From Pseudomonadales bacterium (GTDB taxonomy: Bacteria > Pseudomonadota > Gammaproteobacteria > Pseudomonadales > Azotimanducaceae), in assembly GCA_024234635.1 (NCBI GenBank), contig JACKNX010000009.1:66616-130615 (forward strand): DNA of 64,000 nt, in the 5' to 3' direction. Below are positions 46,445 through 56,427 of this stretch, piece after piece (positions within the stretch are counted from its first letter, which is position 1; each line of letters begins with the position of its first letter). Made by a program: the position numbers and the translations under genes. The notes under the pieces were generated by a model that was given only the letters and a program-made list of their open reading frames with translations, did no database searches and was not told the origin of the DNA.

Positions 46445-47841
46445 CAGGAGAAACCGTTGTAGATATCGGGGGCGAGATTCTCGAACTTGGTCAGCGAGCC
46501 GTTGAACTGCAGGCGCACCGTACCGATGGGGCCGTTGCGCTGCTTGCCGATGATGATCTCGGCGATACCCTTGTCAGGCGAGGCATCGTTGTAGACCTCA
46601 TCGCGATAAATGAAGAGGATGAGGTCGGCGTCCTGCTCGATGGCGCCGGACTCCCGCAGGTCCGACATCATCGGCCGCTTGTCGGCCCGGCCTTCCAGGC
46701 TGCGGTTGAGCTGTGACAGGGCAATCAACGGACAGCTCAGCTCCTTGGCCAGCCCCTTCAGCGAGCGGGAGATTTCCGAGATTTCGTTCACCCGGTTTTC
46801 TGCCTCGTTCGCCGTGCGCATGAGCTGCAGGTAGTCCACCACGATGAGACCAATGCCGCCATTCGCCTGCCGGGCGATACGCCGCGCGCGGGAGCGCATC
46901 TCCGTGGGCGTAAGCGCAGGCGTGTCGTCGATGAAGAGCTGCTTGTCCTTGAGCTGCGCCACCGCACCGGTGAACCGCGACCAGTCCTCGTCTTTCAGGT
47001 TGCCCGTGCGCAGGCGGGAGAAGTCGATGCGCCCCAGCGAAGCGAGCATGCGCATCACCAGCTGTTCCGCGGGCATTTCCATGGAAAATACGAGCACCGC
47101 GCCCTTGCCTGTCATTGCCGCGTGCTCGGCGATGTTCATGGAGAACGAGGTCTTGCCCATCGACGGGCGACCCGCAACGATAATGAGGTCGGATTTCTGC
47201 AGACCCGCCGTTTCGTCGTCCAGGTCGTCGAATCCCGTGGACAGGCCCGTGATATTGCCCTTGCTGTCGAACAGTTCCTGCACGCGCTTCACCGCGCCCG
47301 CCAGGATTTCGTTCACCGGCTCCGGGCCACCGTCTCTCAGCCGACCTTCGGAGATGTTGAACACCGACTTCTCGGCAATATCGAGCAGCGCGCCCGCATC
47401 CTTACCCTGGGGGGAAAAGGCCATCTCGGCGATCTGGTTGGCGGCGGCAATGAGCTGCCGGAGCGTGCTGCGCTCGCGCACGATGCGGGCATAGGCCAGC
47501 AGGTTGGTGACACCTGGCGTCGCATCCACCAGCTCCGCGAGATAGGCAAGGCCGCCGGCGCGCTCGAGCATGCCGTTGGACTGCAGTTTTTCCGAAACCG
47601 TCACCGCGTCCAGCGGCTCATCGTCGTCCGCAAGCGAAATCATCGCCTCGAAAATGAGCTGGTGCTGCGGCCGGTAGAAGTCTGACGACTTGCAGATCTC
47701 GACCACGTCGATCCAGCGCTCGGCCGACAGCATGAGCCCGCCGAGCACGCTCATCTCCGCCTCCACGGAATGGGGCGGAACCTTGAGCGACGCCGTATTC
47801 ATGGCGCGATCGTTGTAGGGAGGCAGGGGTTGTTCGGACAT
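46444..47841 (-). CDS. dnaB: replicative DNA helicase
   Basis: PPHSVEAEMSVLGGLML, GRPSMGKTSF, LIVVDYLQLM and IIGKQRNGPIG. ATG 47839-47841. Confidence 0.95.
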   Translation of the reverse strand: MSEQPLPPYNDRAMNTASLKVPPHSVEAEMSVLGGLMLSAERWIDVVEICKSSDFYRPQHQLIFEAMISLADDDEPLDAVTVSEKLQSNGMLERAGGLAYLAELVDATPGVTNLLAYARIVRERSTLRQLIAAANQIAEMAFSPQGKDAGALLDIAEKSVFNISEGRLRDGGPEPVNEILAGAVKRVQELFDSKGNITGLSTGFDDLDDETAGLQKSDLIIVAGRPSMGKTSFSMNIAEHAAMTGKGAVLVFSMEMPAEQLVMRMLASLGRIDFSRLRTGNLKDEDWSRFTGAVAQLKDKQLFIDDTPALTPTEMRSRARRIARQANGGIGLIVVDYLQLMRTANEAENRVNEISEISRSLKGLAKELSCPLIALSQLNRSLEGRADKRPMMSDLRESGAIEQDADLILFIYRDEVYNDASPDKGIAEIIIGKQRNGPIGTVRLQFNGSLTKFENLAPDIYNGFS

Positions 47842-47952
47842 GGGAGCAGGGCTGCTTTCGGGATGACATCGTCCCGCGTAGGACCGCATCGCGCAACGGA
47901 AAAAGCGGTGCAAATGCTGTGAGCGATCGAACCAGCAAGAAAGAGGATAGTG

Positions 47953-47993
47953 AAAAAAACCCACCGGGCCGCGTCGTCCGCGCGACCCGGTGG
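47953..47993 (-). terminator. intrinsic terminator downstream of rplI
   Basis: Minus-strand CCACCGGGTCGCG-CGGACGA-CGCGGCCCGGTGG followed by GTTTTTTT. Confidence 0.8.
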
Positions 47994-48019
47994 CTACTCA
48001 AACCCGCGTCAGGCGGGTG

Positions 48020-48469
48020 TCACTCGGCGGCAACGATAACCTTGATGGAAGTGGTCACTTCCGAATGCAACTGGATATCGATGTCGTATTCGCCCGTGAG
48101 CCGGATGACACCTTCCGGCATGCGTACTTCCGCCTTACGTACTTCGTGCCCGAGGGTCACCAGCGCAGCCGCAATCTCACCGGTGCCGACGGAGCCGAAC
48201 AGCCGGCCTTCGTCGCCGACCTTGGCAAACACCGTCACGGCAACACCTTCCAGACCGGCAGCCCGACCGCGCGCGGCCGTCAGCTTGTCATTGGCCGCGC
48301 GTTCGAGCTCAGCACGACGCTCCTCGAACACCTTGCGGTTTTCCGGCGTCGCGCGTACCGCCATACCCTGTGGCAACAGGTAGTTGCGCGCATAGCCTGG
48401 TTTGACGTTTACCTCGTCACCAAGTTCGCCGAGATTGGTCACCGGCTCCTGCAGAATCACATGAACCAC
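48020..48469 (-). CDS. rplI: 50S ribosomal protein L9
   Basis: VILQEPVTNLGELGDEVNVKPGYARNYLLPQG. Confidence 0.95.
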   Translation of the reverse strand: MVHVILQEPVTNLGELGDEVNVKPGYARNYLLPQGMAVRATPENRKVFEERRAELERAANDKLTAARGRAAGLEGVAVTVFAKVGDEGRLFGSVGTGEIAAALVTLGHEVRKAEVRMPEGVIRLTGEYDIDIQLHSEVTTSIKVIVAAE

Positions 48470-48479
48470 GCCGGCCTCC

Positions 48480-48701
48480 TTATTTGTGCTGGTCGGTGTA
48501 GGGCAACAGCGCCAGGAAGCGCGCGCGGTTGATCTCGGTGGTCAGCTTGCGCTGGAACTTGGCCGAGGCACCGGAAATGCGCGCCGGCACGATCTTGCCG
48601 GTCTCACCGATGAACTGCTTGAGGAAGTCGAGGTCCTTGTAGTCCACGTCTTCCGTCTGAATGTTGACTTCGCCCTGGCGGCGACGACGAAAACGGCTCA
48701 T
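48480..48701 (-). CDS. rpsR: 30S ribosomal protein S18
   Basis: [25 protein letters not shown]...RAR(F)LALLPY. Confidence 0.95.
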   Translation of the reverse strand: MSRFRRRRQGEVNIQTEDVDYKDLDFLKQFIGETGKIVPARISGASAKFQRKLTTEINRARFLALLPYTDQHK

Positions 48702-49138
48702 TCCGCACTCTCCTCGGCAGCGTTCGCTTCGCTGTCCGCGTTACTGTTGTCACGGCGACGCGCAGCCAGCTCCTCTTCACGACGGCGATCGCGCTCCTTG
48801 TCCTTCTCCTGCTCGCGCAGCTCCTCCTCGTAGATGCGGGAGCGGCCCGTTTCCGGCTTCTTGCGGCGGATGATCAGGTAACGGATCACCGCATCGTTGA
48901 AACGGAAGGAACTCTCGAGTTCGTCCAGGGTCTCCTGGCCTGCCTCGATGTTCATCAGGATGTAGTGCGCCTTGTGGATCTTGGAAACGGTAAAGGCGAG
49001 CTGGCGACGACCCCAGTCCTCCGTACGGTGGACCTTGCCTTCGCCCCGTTCAATGAGGGACTGGTAGCGTTCGATCATTCCCGGCACCTGATCGCTCTGA
49101 TCCGGGTGCACGAGGAATACGACCTCGTAATGTCGCAT
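48698..49138 (-). CDS. rpsF: 30S ribosomal protein S6 with long charged C-terminal tail
   Basis: [18 protein letters not shown]...[13 protein letters not shown] 49136-49138 behind AAGGAGA. ATGA overlap with rpsR. Confidence 0.9.
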   Translation of the reverse strand: MRHYEVVFLVHPDQSDQVPGMIERYQSLIERGEGKVHRTEDWGRRQLAFTVSKIHKAHYILMNIEAGQETLDELESSFRFNDAVIRYLIIRRKKPETGRSRIYEEELREQEKDKERDRRREEELAARRRDNSNADSEANAAEESAE

Positions 49139-49302
49139 GACATCTCCTTGTGGAATCCCGCCAGGAATGCCTGACGGGTGCCCCCGCCCAGGGTTACTGA
49201 GAACCGCGGAAGAGCGTGGAGCAAGGTTGAAAGGGCCCGCAATTCTAGTGGCGGGGCAAACCGATGGCAATGCCGGCGACAGCGAGTCGCCCGCGAAAGA
49301 CG

Positions 49303-50031
49303 TCAGGAACGCTGACGAACCACTTCGAACAGCAGGATACCGGCCGCCACCGAGACGTTGAGGCTCTCCACCGCGCCTGCCATCGGGATACCGACGAGGT
49401 GATCGCACGCTTCGCGGGTGAGACGTCGCATGCCGCTTCCTTCACTGCCCATCACGATGGCGATGTCGCCCGTGTAGTCCACCGCGTGCCAGGGCGCGGG
49501 GGCCGTATCGTCCGTGCCGACCAGCCAGATGCCAGCCTCCTTGAGCCGTTCGAGATGCCGGGCGAGGTTGGTCACGGCCACCAGACGCAGCGACTCGGCG
49601 CCGCCAGCGGCGGTTTTGAGCACCACGTCGTTGATCGGCGCCGTGTTGCGCTCCGGGAAGATCACCGCCTGCACCCCGGCAGCGTTGGCGCTGCGCAGGC
49701 AGGCTCCCAGGTTGCGCGGATCGGTGACCCCATCGAGCACCAGCAAGAGCCGCGGCTGCGGCAGGCTGGCCAGCAGCGGAATGAATTCTTCTTCGTGCAG
49801 GGGGGCGAGTTCCTGGCAGAAGGCCGCCACGCCCTGATGGTTGCCTTCCACCCGCTGATCCAGCCAGCTCTTCTGCACGGCTTCGAAACGCAAACCCGCC
49901 GCTTTCGCCAGCGCAATCACTTCCTGAACCCGGGTGTCGCGCCGGCCCTGCACGTAGTAAAGCGCGCGCACCCGCTCAGGATGCGTGTTCAGCACCTCGC
50001 GCACCGCATGGAATCCGTGCACAAAACTCAT
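49303..50031 (-). CDS. rlmB: 23S rRNA (guanosine-2'-O)-methyltransferase RlmB (SpoU family)
   Basis: SpoU/TrmH motifs ([47 protein letters not shown]). Position downstream of rnr. Confidence 0.9.
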   Translation of the reverse strand: MSFVHGFHAVREVLNTHPERVRALYYVQGRRDTRVQEVIALAKAAGLRFEAVQKSWLDQRVEGNHQGVAAFCQELAPLHEEEFIPLLASLPQPRLLLVLDGVTDPRNLGACLRSANAAGVQAVIFPERNTAPINDVVLKTAAGGAESLRLVAVTNLARHLERLKEAGIWLVGTDDTAPAPWHAVDYTGDIAIVMGSEGSGMRRLTREACDHLVGIPMAGAVESLNVSVAAGILLFEVVRQRS

Positions 50032-50045
50032 TGCTCCGAATCCCG

Positions 50046-52181
50046 TCAGCGGCGCCTGCCGCGTCCCCGCCGTTCACCGCCGCGTGGGGGACGTTCCCCA
50101 CCTTCGCGTCGCGCCGGACCAGCTGTTCGCCCGCCGCCGGGGCGAACCAGCTCCAGATCGATGCGCCCGAGCGGTGGCCGCACTTCCCGCACCCGCACCC
50201 GCACGGCATCGCCGAGCCGGTAACGCATGCCCGAACGATCCCCCACCAGGGCCATGGCATGTGGCTGAAAGCGGAAATAGTCCTGGCCAAGCTCCGAGAT
50301 ATGCACCAGACCCTGCACGTAGTAACCGTCCAGTTCCACGAACAGCCCGAACTCGGTGACCCCGCCGATGCGGCCTGCAATCTCTTCACCAACATGGTCG
50401 CCGACAAAATCGCATTTCAGCCAGCCGTCCACGCCCCGCTCCGCCTGTTCCGCCCGACGTTCGGTAAAAGAGATGTGAGCGCCCACTTCTGCCAGCTCGT
50501 GCTCGTTCATTGCCGGCGGTTTGCCACGCAGAATGGCCTTGATGGCGCGATGCACGACCAGATCCGCGTAGCGGCGGATCGGTGAGGTGAAATGCATGTA
50601 GTGGCTGAGCGCGAGACCGAAGTGGCCGATGTTGCCCGGTTGGTAAACCGCCTGCTGCATGCTGCGCAGTACCAGCATCTGGAATATCCAGGCATCGGGT
50701 CGCGGCGCAATCTGCTCCAGCGCGGTCTGCACGCTGCGCGGGTTGACCTCTTTTGCCAGATGCACGCCAGCCATCGCAAATGCATCCCGGAGCTGTGCCA
50801 GCTTCAGCGCCTCCGGCTGGCCATGCACCCGATACAGGGCCAGCGCGCCGTGTTGCTCTACAAACTCCGCGGCGCAGACGTTGGCCGCGATCATCGCCTC
50901 TTCGATCAGGCGGTGCGCATCGTTGCGCACTTCGGGGTGAATGGCCGCAATCCGTCCGTTGCGCAGCTCCAGACGCGATTCGTGGGTCTCGAAATCAAGC
51001 CCCCCGCGTTTCTCCCTGGCGCGTACCAGCGCCCGGAAGCACCGGTGCAGCGCCTCTATCGACGCGAGCACTTCAGGCTCCACATCCAGTGTCTCGCCCT
51101 TCAGGTGCGCGGCGACGCCGGTATAGGTAAGCCGCTGCCAGGAACGGATGAGCGCTTCGTGGAAGCTAAACTCGCGCACCCGTCCCGCGGAGGTGACAAC
51201 CATGTCGCAGACCACGGCCAGCCGGGGCACCTGTGGCTTCAGCGAGCACAGCTCATTGGAGAGCTCCTCCGGCAGCATGGGAATGACGGTGCCCGGCAGA
51301 TAGACCGAGTTGCCCCGCGTGCGCGCCTCCATGTCGATGGCGCCGCCGGCTTTCACATAGTTGCCAACGTCGGCAATCGCCACCACCAGGCGAAAATTCA
51401 CCCCCTGACGCGCGCAGAACACGGCGTCATCAAAATCCTTGGCGGTCTCGCCATCGATGGTGACAAGCGGCAGCCCGCGCAAATCGAGTCGTCCCTTCGG
51501 CAGCCGGTTGGGAACCGCCGCCGGCAGGGCTGCCACTGCATCCCCGATAGCTGGCGGCCACACCGCCGGGATGTGCAGCCCGTCAACCTGCGTCTGGATG
51601 GCTCGCTCGAGCACCGTTTCCCCGTGCACGACATCAACGACACGGCCGGACAACCCTTGCCCGTCCTCGCCCGTGATCTCCACGTGCACGATGTCGCCAT
51701 GTGTGCCCACGTCGGGCCGACTGACCAGGTGCACCCGCCCGCGATAGTCCGTGGCCAGGGATTCGACGTAGGGGAAACGCCCCATCCAGTTGAGCTCGCC
51801 CACCAGGATGCGGGTGGACTGATCGAGAATTTCGTCGACCTGCGCGCGGTCGTCGACGATACGCGCCCGCACCCGATCGCCAGCGCGAATACGGCTGCCG
51901 CGCTGCCGCTCGATTTCATGACCTTCGACCGACAGCGTCTTGCCGTGCTGCTGCACGATGCCTTCAACGGTCTCAGCAAGATCCACGAGGTACCACGCCC
52001 CACCGGCACCCTGCTCGAGCTCGCCGTTGCGCAGCATGCCCCGCAAAACCTGCTTGAGTTCTCGCGTGCCGGCCCGCATGCGGTCCGAGAAAGCGTCAAC
52101 CAATTCGGGCCACACGGCCGAGCCGCCGCACTGACGCAGATGTGCGGCAACGGCGGCGGCGGTAACGCGGGAGTTAGACAT
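50046..52181 (-). CDS. rnr: ribonuclease R
   Basis: RNB domain (TIDGETAKDFDDAV), HFGL...YMHFTSPIRRYADL, C-terminal S1 domain and basic tail. ATG 52179-52181. Confidence 0.9.
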   Translation of the reverse strand: MSNSRVTAAAVAAHLRQCGGSAVWPELVDAFSDRMRAGTRELKQVLRGMLRNGELEQGAGGAWYLVDLAETVEGIVQQHGKTLSVEGHEIERQRGSRIRAGDRVRARIVDDRAQVDEILDQSTRILVGELNWMGRFPYVESLATDYRGRVHLVSRPDVGTHGDIVHVEITGEDGQGLSGRVVDVVHGETVLERAIQTQVDGLHIPAVWPPAIGDAVAALPAAVPNRLPKGRLDLRGLPLVTIDGETAKDFDDAVFCARQGVNFRLVVAIADVGNYVKAGGAIDMEARTRGNSVYLPGTVIPMLPEELSNELCSLKPQVPRLAVVCDMVVTSAGRVREFSFHEALIRSWQRLTYTGVAAHLKGETLDVEPEVLASIEALHRCFRALVRAREKRGGLDFETHESRLELRNGRIAAIHPEVRNDAHRLIEEAMIAANVCAAEFVEQHGALALYRVHGQPEALKLAQLRDAFAMAGVHLAKEVNPRSVQTALEQIAPRPDAWIFQMLVLRSMQQAVYQPGNIGHFGLALSHYMHFTSPIRRYADLVVHRAIKAILRGKPPAMNEHELAEVGAHISFTERRAEQAERGVDGWLKCDFVGDHVGEEIAGRIGGVTEFGLFVELDGYYVQGLVHISELGQDYFRFQPHAMALVGDRSGMRYRLGDAVRVRVREVRPPLGRIDLELVRPGGGRTAGPARREGGERPPRGGERRGRGRRR

Positions 52182-52296
52182 GTTTGACACTCTAGCGATG
52201 CATTCAGTAAATTGCGCGCCCGATTCGATGGATCGCCGGCCAGGACAGGTCTGACAGGCAGTGTCAGCCCGCGCCAACCGAGTGATCGACCCGCCT

Positions 52297-52383
52297 GCCG
52301 AGGTGGTGAAATTGGTAGACACGCCAGCTTCAGGTGCTGGTGGGGGTAACCCCGTGAAGGTTCAAGTCCTTTCCTCGGCACCA
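52297..52383 (+). tRNA. tRNA-Leu (anticodon CAG)
   Basis: Folded by hand: acceptor GCCGAGG/CCTCGGC, D stem GTG/CAC, anticodon stem CCAGC/GCTGG with loop TTCAGGT, long variable arm GGGG-TAA-CCCC, T arm GAAGG-TTCAAGT-CCTTT, encoded CCA. Confidence 0.9.
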
Positions 52384-52505
52384 TTTCCTGGCAACTCCTG
52401 TCAGCCCCTGTCAACTCCTGTCAACAGACAGACCGCAAGCGCACAGACACCCGGCTCCCGACGTTGGCGTTGTGATCAACGTGTGCGCCAACTATAAAGG
52501 TCGGC

Positions 52506-53429
52506 ATGACTATGCAATTCCCCGCCCGTCGATCGACCGGGCACCGGTCCCGTAAACTTCTCACCGCCCTGTCGATTCTGCTGTCCGTCACCGGTGCCAC
52601 GAACGCCGGCGCCGCAACCTATCGCCTCAACGAGGATATCGTCGGCTTTGCCCGACAGATCACCACACGCTACGAGGACACGCTGGCAGCCATCGCGGAG
52701 CGGGAAGGCCTTGGTTTCCAGGAACTGCGGGACGCCAATCCCGATGTGGACGCCTGGCTGCCGGGAGACGGCACGACGGTGGTGCTACCCACCCGTTACG
52801 TACTGCCGGCCATCCCGCGCGACGGGGTGGTCATCAATCTCGCGGAGTTTCGGCTCTACTTTTTCAAGGACGGGCGGGTGACGACCTATCCGGTGGGCAT
52901 CGGCCGGGACGAGTACCAGACGCCGCTGGGGACATCCCGGGTCGTGGCCCATATTGAAAAACCCATGTGGACACCCACCGCGGTATCCCGGCGGGAACAC
53001 GCGGAAGCTGGCGATCCGCTCCCCGTGACGGTGCCACACGGACCGGACAATCCGCTGGGTGATTTTGCGCTCAAGCTGTCACGCGCCGGCTATTTCATCC
53101 ATGGCACGAACAAGCCATTCGGCGTCGGACAGACGGTCAGCCAGGGTTGTATCCGTCTGTACAACCCGCACATCGCCACACTCAGTGAACTGGTGGCCAA
53201 CGGTACAACGGTGAACATGATCGATCAGCCGCTGAAGATCGGCCGGCGGGAAGAGGCGGTGTTCATTGAAGTGCACAACAGCCCGTACTCCAACCCCTCG
53301 GTGGAGACACTGCTCGCGCAAATCGACCGTTGGTCAGAGGGAGCCGATGTGGTGCTCGACCGGGCCCGGATCGTGGACGTACTTGGCGCACGCACGGGCA
53401 TGCCGGTGCGTGTGGATGTGCATCACTGA
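52506..53429 (+). CDS. L,D-transpeptidase (YkuD family) with N-terminal LysM-like segment
   Basis: Signal peptide. Catalytic motif YFIHGTNKPFGVGQTVSQGCIRLYN. Confidence 0.85.
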   Translation: MTMQFPARRSTGHRSRKLLTALSILLSVTGATNAGAATYRLNEDIVGFARQITTRYEDTLAAIAEREGLGFQELRDANPDVDAWLPGDGTTVVLPTRYVLPAIPRDGVVINLAEFRLYFFKDGRVTTYPVGIGRDEYQTPLGTSRVVAHIEKPMWTPTAVSRREHAEAGDPLPVTVPHGPDNPLGDFALKLSRAGYFIHGTNKPFGVGQTVSQGCIRLYNPHIATLSELVANGTTVNMIDQPLKIGRREEAVFIEVHNSPYSNPSVETLLAQIDRWSEGADVVLDRARIVDVLGARTGMPVRVDVHH

Positions 53430-53555
53430 CTGATCTGTGTCAACGCGCCCGCCAGCCGGAAGTCGCTCCGCCCGGTAGCTTCCGGATCGGCGGCAGTCAC
53501 CTACCGGCCCGGGACGATTCGGACGAAAGCACGCCCGAATCGCTTCCCGTCAGGC

Positions 53556-53825
53556 TTATTTGCGCGAACAGCAGGTATTGGCCATACGGTCGATCTTTTC
53601 GTTGGCGCCCTGTGCCGCTGACAAGGCCCGCTCCGCCATTGCCGCCGCGCTCGCCGCTTCCCGCTTGGCTTCAGCAGCCGCGCTTTGTGCAGCGCTGGCA
53701 TTGCCGGCGCTGCTTTCGAGCTGGGCAACCCGCGACTTCAGCGCGTTCATCTCTTCCGTCATCTTCGTGGACGCACAGCCGGTGAGCAGAAGCACCGCGA
53801 ATGCAGCAATGGTGAGCTTACGCAT
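53556..53825 (-). CDS. Lpp-like (Braun-type) coiled-coil lipoprotein ending in Lys
   Basis: Lipobox LLLTGC, Ala-rich heptad coiled coil, ANEKIDRMA resembles E. coli Lpp ANQRLDNMA, C-terminal ...SRK. Confidence 0.7.
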   Translation of the reverse strand: MRKLTIAAFAVLLLTGCASTKMTEEMNALKSRVAQLESSAGNASAAQSAAAEAKREAASAAAMAERALSAAQGANEKIDRMANTCCSRK

Positions 53826-54115
53826 AAGAACTCCGATTTCTTGAGGAACAGTGTAGGTAGACTAACCGCTTAACAGGCCAATGAAAAAGGTTATGCGCAT
53901 CTGGTCGCGTCGAAGCGCCACAACCTGCCCCACAAAGGACCGGCGAGATGCGCGTTTCAGGCCGGCTGCAAGCGAAAGCCATTGCGCCACTCTGTGCCGG
54001 GAACCTGCGGCGCTCAATCGGGGCTTCCACGCATCACCGGCCAGGTGCGCCACGCCGCTGACTTTTCCAACCGCAACGCGTTACTGTACACATCCGCGAA
54101 CATCGAGGTGAGCGC

Positions 54116-55213
54116 ATGATTCTGGAGTCACTTGATATTGGCCGATCCGCCTTCGAGCAGGGGACCGGCTGGCAACTCAAGCCCGAGGGCGCGTGCAAGG
54201 GTGAGGTATGTATTCCCCTGCCATCACCCCCGGGCGATGAGGTGCACGTCGAATCGCTTGCCGCGGCGATGGGGTTGCCGCTGGTGAAAGCCGGGGAGCA
54301 GGCCCTGTGGGCACTGGGGCCCGAACACGTCAGCGGCCACGCCCTCACCACCGCGGACGCACCGGACCTGTGTCTGCCGGACCTGAACGGCAACCCGTTT
54401 CACCTGTCCAGCCTGCGCGGCAGGAAGGTACTGCTCTACGCCTGGGCACCCTACTGAGGCTGCTCCCGCGACCTGCCCGTGTGGCAGGCATTGCGCGATG
54501 CGCTCAGCCCCAAGGGCTTTGAACTGGTGACCATTGGTCTGGATACCCTCGGTGCGCAAGGTTGCCGCGCGTTCATGGAGGCCGCCGCTCCGACCCATCC
54601 GGCGCTGATCGATTCCCACCATGTGGTGGCGGACCTGTTCGGTATCACCAATATCCCCCAGAGTGTGTGGATCAACGAGCAGGGTCGCATCGTACGGCCA
54701 GCCGAGGCCGCCCCGGCCCCACCCGACATCCCTCGCGGTCAGCCGCCGGCGATGTCCGGGGAACTGCCGCAGCGCTTCATCGAAATCTTCACCGAAGCCT
54801 CAAAGATCACGCAGGATGCCGTCGGCTATCACGCCGCGCTGAGGGACTGGGTGGATAACGGCGACAGCAGCCGATACGCCCTGTCGGCGACCGAGGTCAT
54901 CGCCCGGTCGCGACCGCGAAACGCTGATGTCGCGCTGGGGCATGCCCATTTCGAACTCGCCTGTGAGCTGGAGCGACGCGGCCGGCACGACGCGGCAATC
55001 GCCCATTTCCGGGAAGCGCATCGCCTGGTGCCGGACAGCTGGACCTTCCGCCGGCAGGCATGGTCGCTCGAGCCCGTGGGCGACAGCGCGCTTGCCCGCT
55101 TCTGGCAGGGACCCGCGCCGGACCGACCCGCGGACTGGCCATATGCAGGTGACTGGCTGACAGACATCCGCAGGGAAGGGCCTGAGAACTACTACGATAC
55201 CTGGCGGCCCTGA
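54116..55213 (+). CDS. thioredoxin-fold ResA/TlpA-like protein with in-frame TGA at the redox motif (candidate selenoprotein, WAxxUGC); otherwise a nonsense pseudogene
   Basis: Track ORFs 54116..54457 and 54479..55213 are in the same frame and separated by only one stop (TGA 54455-54457). Context is GRKVLLYAWAPY-TGA-GCSRDLPVW. Hairpin CCTGCC-CGTGT-GGCAGG lies at 54472-54488. Confidence 0.55.
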
Positions 55214-55292
55214 CGGGGCTTGCCGGGCGTCGCATTGCCGCAGGAAAGCCCGGGGCGGTTCGAAGCACCAACGGCCGTACAAGGCTGGCAAC

Positions 55293-55367
55293 TGGCCACA
55301 TGGCGACTGCCAGCGCTGTCGCGCATGGAACCTGGTTCCATGAGAGGCTGCTTTATCAGCAGCCTGA
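55293..55367 (-). repeat. second repeat module (palindrome CATGGAAC-N4-GTTCCATG), copy 2
   Basis: Its reverse complement aligns with 40445-40525. Lies 45 nt upstream of ECF sigma copy 2. Confidence 0.8.
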
Positions 55368-55412
55368 CAGACGCCGCCACGCGAAGCGTACCGCCGCGCT
55401 AAACTGCATGGC

Positions 55413-55958
55413 ATGACAGACGTTACACAGATTCTCCAGAGCTGGTCACAACAGTCCCGTGACGATCGCGGCCGTGTCGTGGCCGCGTTGTACGACGAGC
55501 TGCGCCGCAATGCCGCCAATCATCTGCGCGGCGAACGCGGTGTCGTGGATCTGCAACCCACCTCACTGGTGAACGAGGCGTACTTCCGCCTGGTGAACAT
55601 CGATCGCATCGATCTCAACGGCAGATCCCATTTCCTCGGCCTTGCCGGGCGCATCATGCGTGAGGTGCTGGTGGACGAGGCGCGCAAGCTACGCGCCTCC
55701 AAGAGGGATCAGGCACTGCAGACGCATTTCACCGGCGACTTCGACTCCGGCGCCACGCCACTTACCGACATTCTGCAGGTCGACGAACTGCTCAACGAAC
55801 TCGAGGCCATCGATCCCCAGTACGTGCAACTGTTCGAGGCCCGCGCCTTTGCCGGCATGACCATCGAAGAAGCAGCCCAGATGCTGGACCTGTCGGTTTC
55901 CACCGTTAAACGCAAGTGGAAAGTGGTCATGGCGTGGCTGCGGGAAAAAACCGGCTGA
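55413..55958 (+). CDS. ECF-type sigma-70 factor, Ser/Thr-kinase-associated type, copy 2
   Basis: MTDVTQILQSWSQQ...ALYDELRRNAANHL...LQPTSLVNEAYFRLV...MTIEEAAQMLDLSVSTVKRKWKVVMAWL. Clearly paralogous to 7850-8416. Confidence 0.9.
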   Translation: MTDVTQILQSWSQQSRDDRGRVVAALYDELRRNAANHLRGERGVVDLQPTSLVNEAYFRLVNIDRIDLNGRSHFLGLAGRIMREVLVDEARKLRASKRDQALQTHFTGDFDSGATPLTDILQVDELLNELEAIDPQYVQLFEARAFAGMTIEEAAQMLDLSVSTVKRKWKVVMAWLREKTG

Positions 55959-56007
55959 GCACGGCTCGCTGAGGCAAGCGTGCTTCCCGGAGGCTTTACC
56001 GGATACC

Positions 56008-56427
56008 CTACCATCCGTTGCCCTGACCGGGCGGCATGCCACCACCGGACTGCGACCACGCGCCAGGAGCATTCACCGACTGGGGATACTGCTGGCTGGG
56101 CTGCATCGGATACTGGCCGCTCGAAGGCAGATACGCGTTGTTGCCTGGCTGCGACGGCATCATCTGCGGACTGACATAACCACCCGGCATCTGTGCGGCG
56201 TTGGGAGAGACATACCCGCCGCCCGGCATCGGCTGGCAACCCGGCCGCCCCTGCACCATGGCTGGCGCCGTGCCAGGCGGACACTGCTGCGAATAGCTCA
56301 TGCCGCCGCCAGGAACCTGGTTGTAGTAGCCTTCGTTGAACCCGGCGCGAAAGTCATCGGACAGCAGCGCCATCAGCAGAATGGCAGCAACGACGCCCGC
56401 CAGCACTTTCAGAACCATCTTTCCCAT
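56008..56427 (-). CDS. single-pass membrane protein with P/G/Q/Y/M-rich tail
   Basis: ATG 56425-56427 behind GGGAGAA. TM segment VLKVLAGVVAAILLMALL. Tail PGGGMSYSQQCPPG...PGGYVSPQMMPSQPGNNAYLPSSGQYPMQPSQQYPQ...GQGNGW. Confidence 0.65.
   Translation of the reverse strand: MGKMVLKVLAGVVAAILLMALLSDDFRAGFNEGYYNQVPGGGMSYSQQCPPGTAPAMVQGRPGCQPMPGGGYVSPNAAQMPGGYVSPQMMPSQPGNNAYLPSSGQYPMQPSQQYPQSVNAPGAWSQSGGGMPPGQGNGW

Noticed and set aside
52384-52440. Direct repeats AACTCCTGTCA(G/A)C x2-3 immediately 3' of tRNA-Leu, as a possible integrase att site
   Set aside because: No integrase, phage or island genes follow. Downstream genes are ordinary envelope genes with native-like GC. The CTGTC-AACA-GACAG hairpin is more simply a tRNA 3' processing or termination structure.
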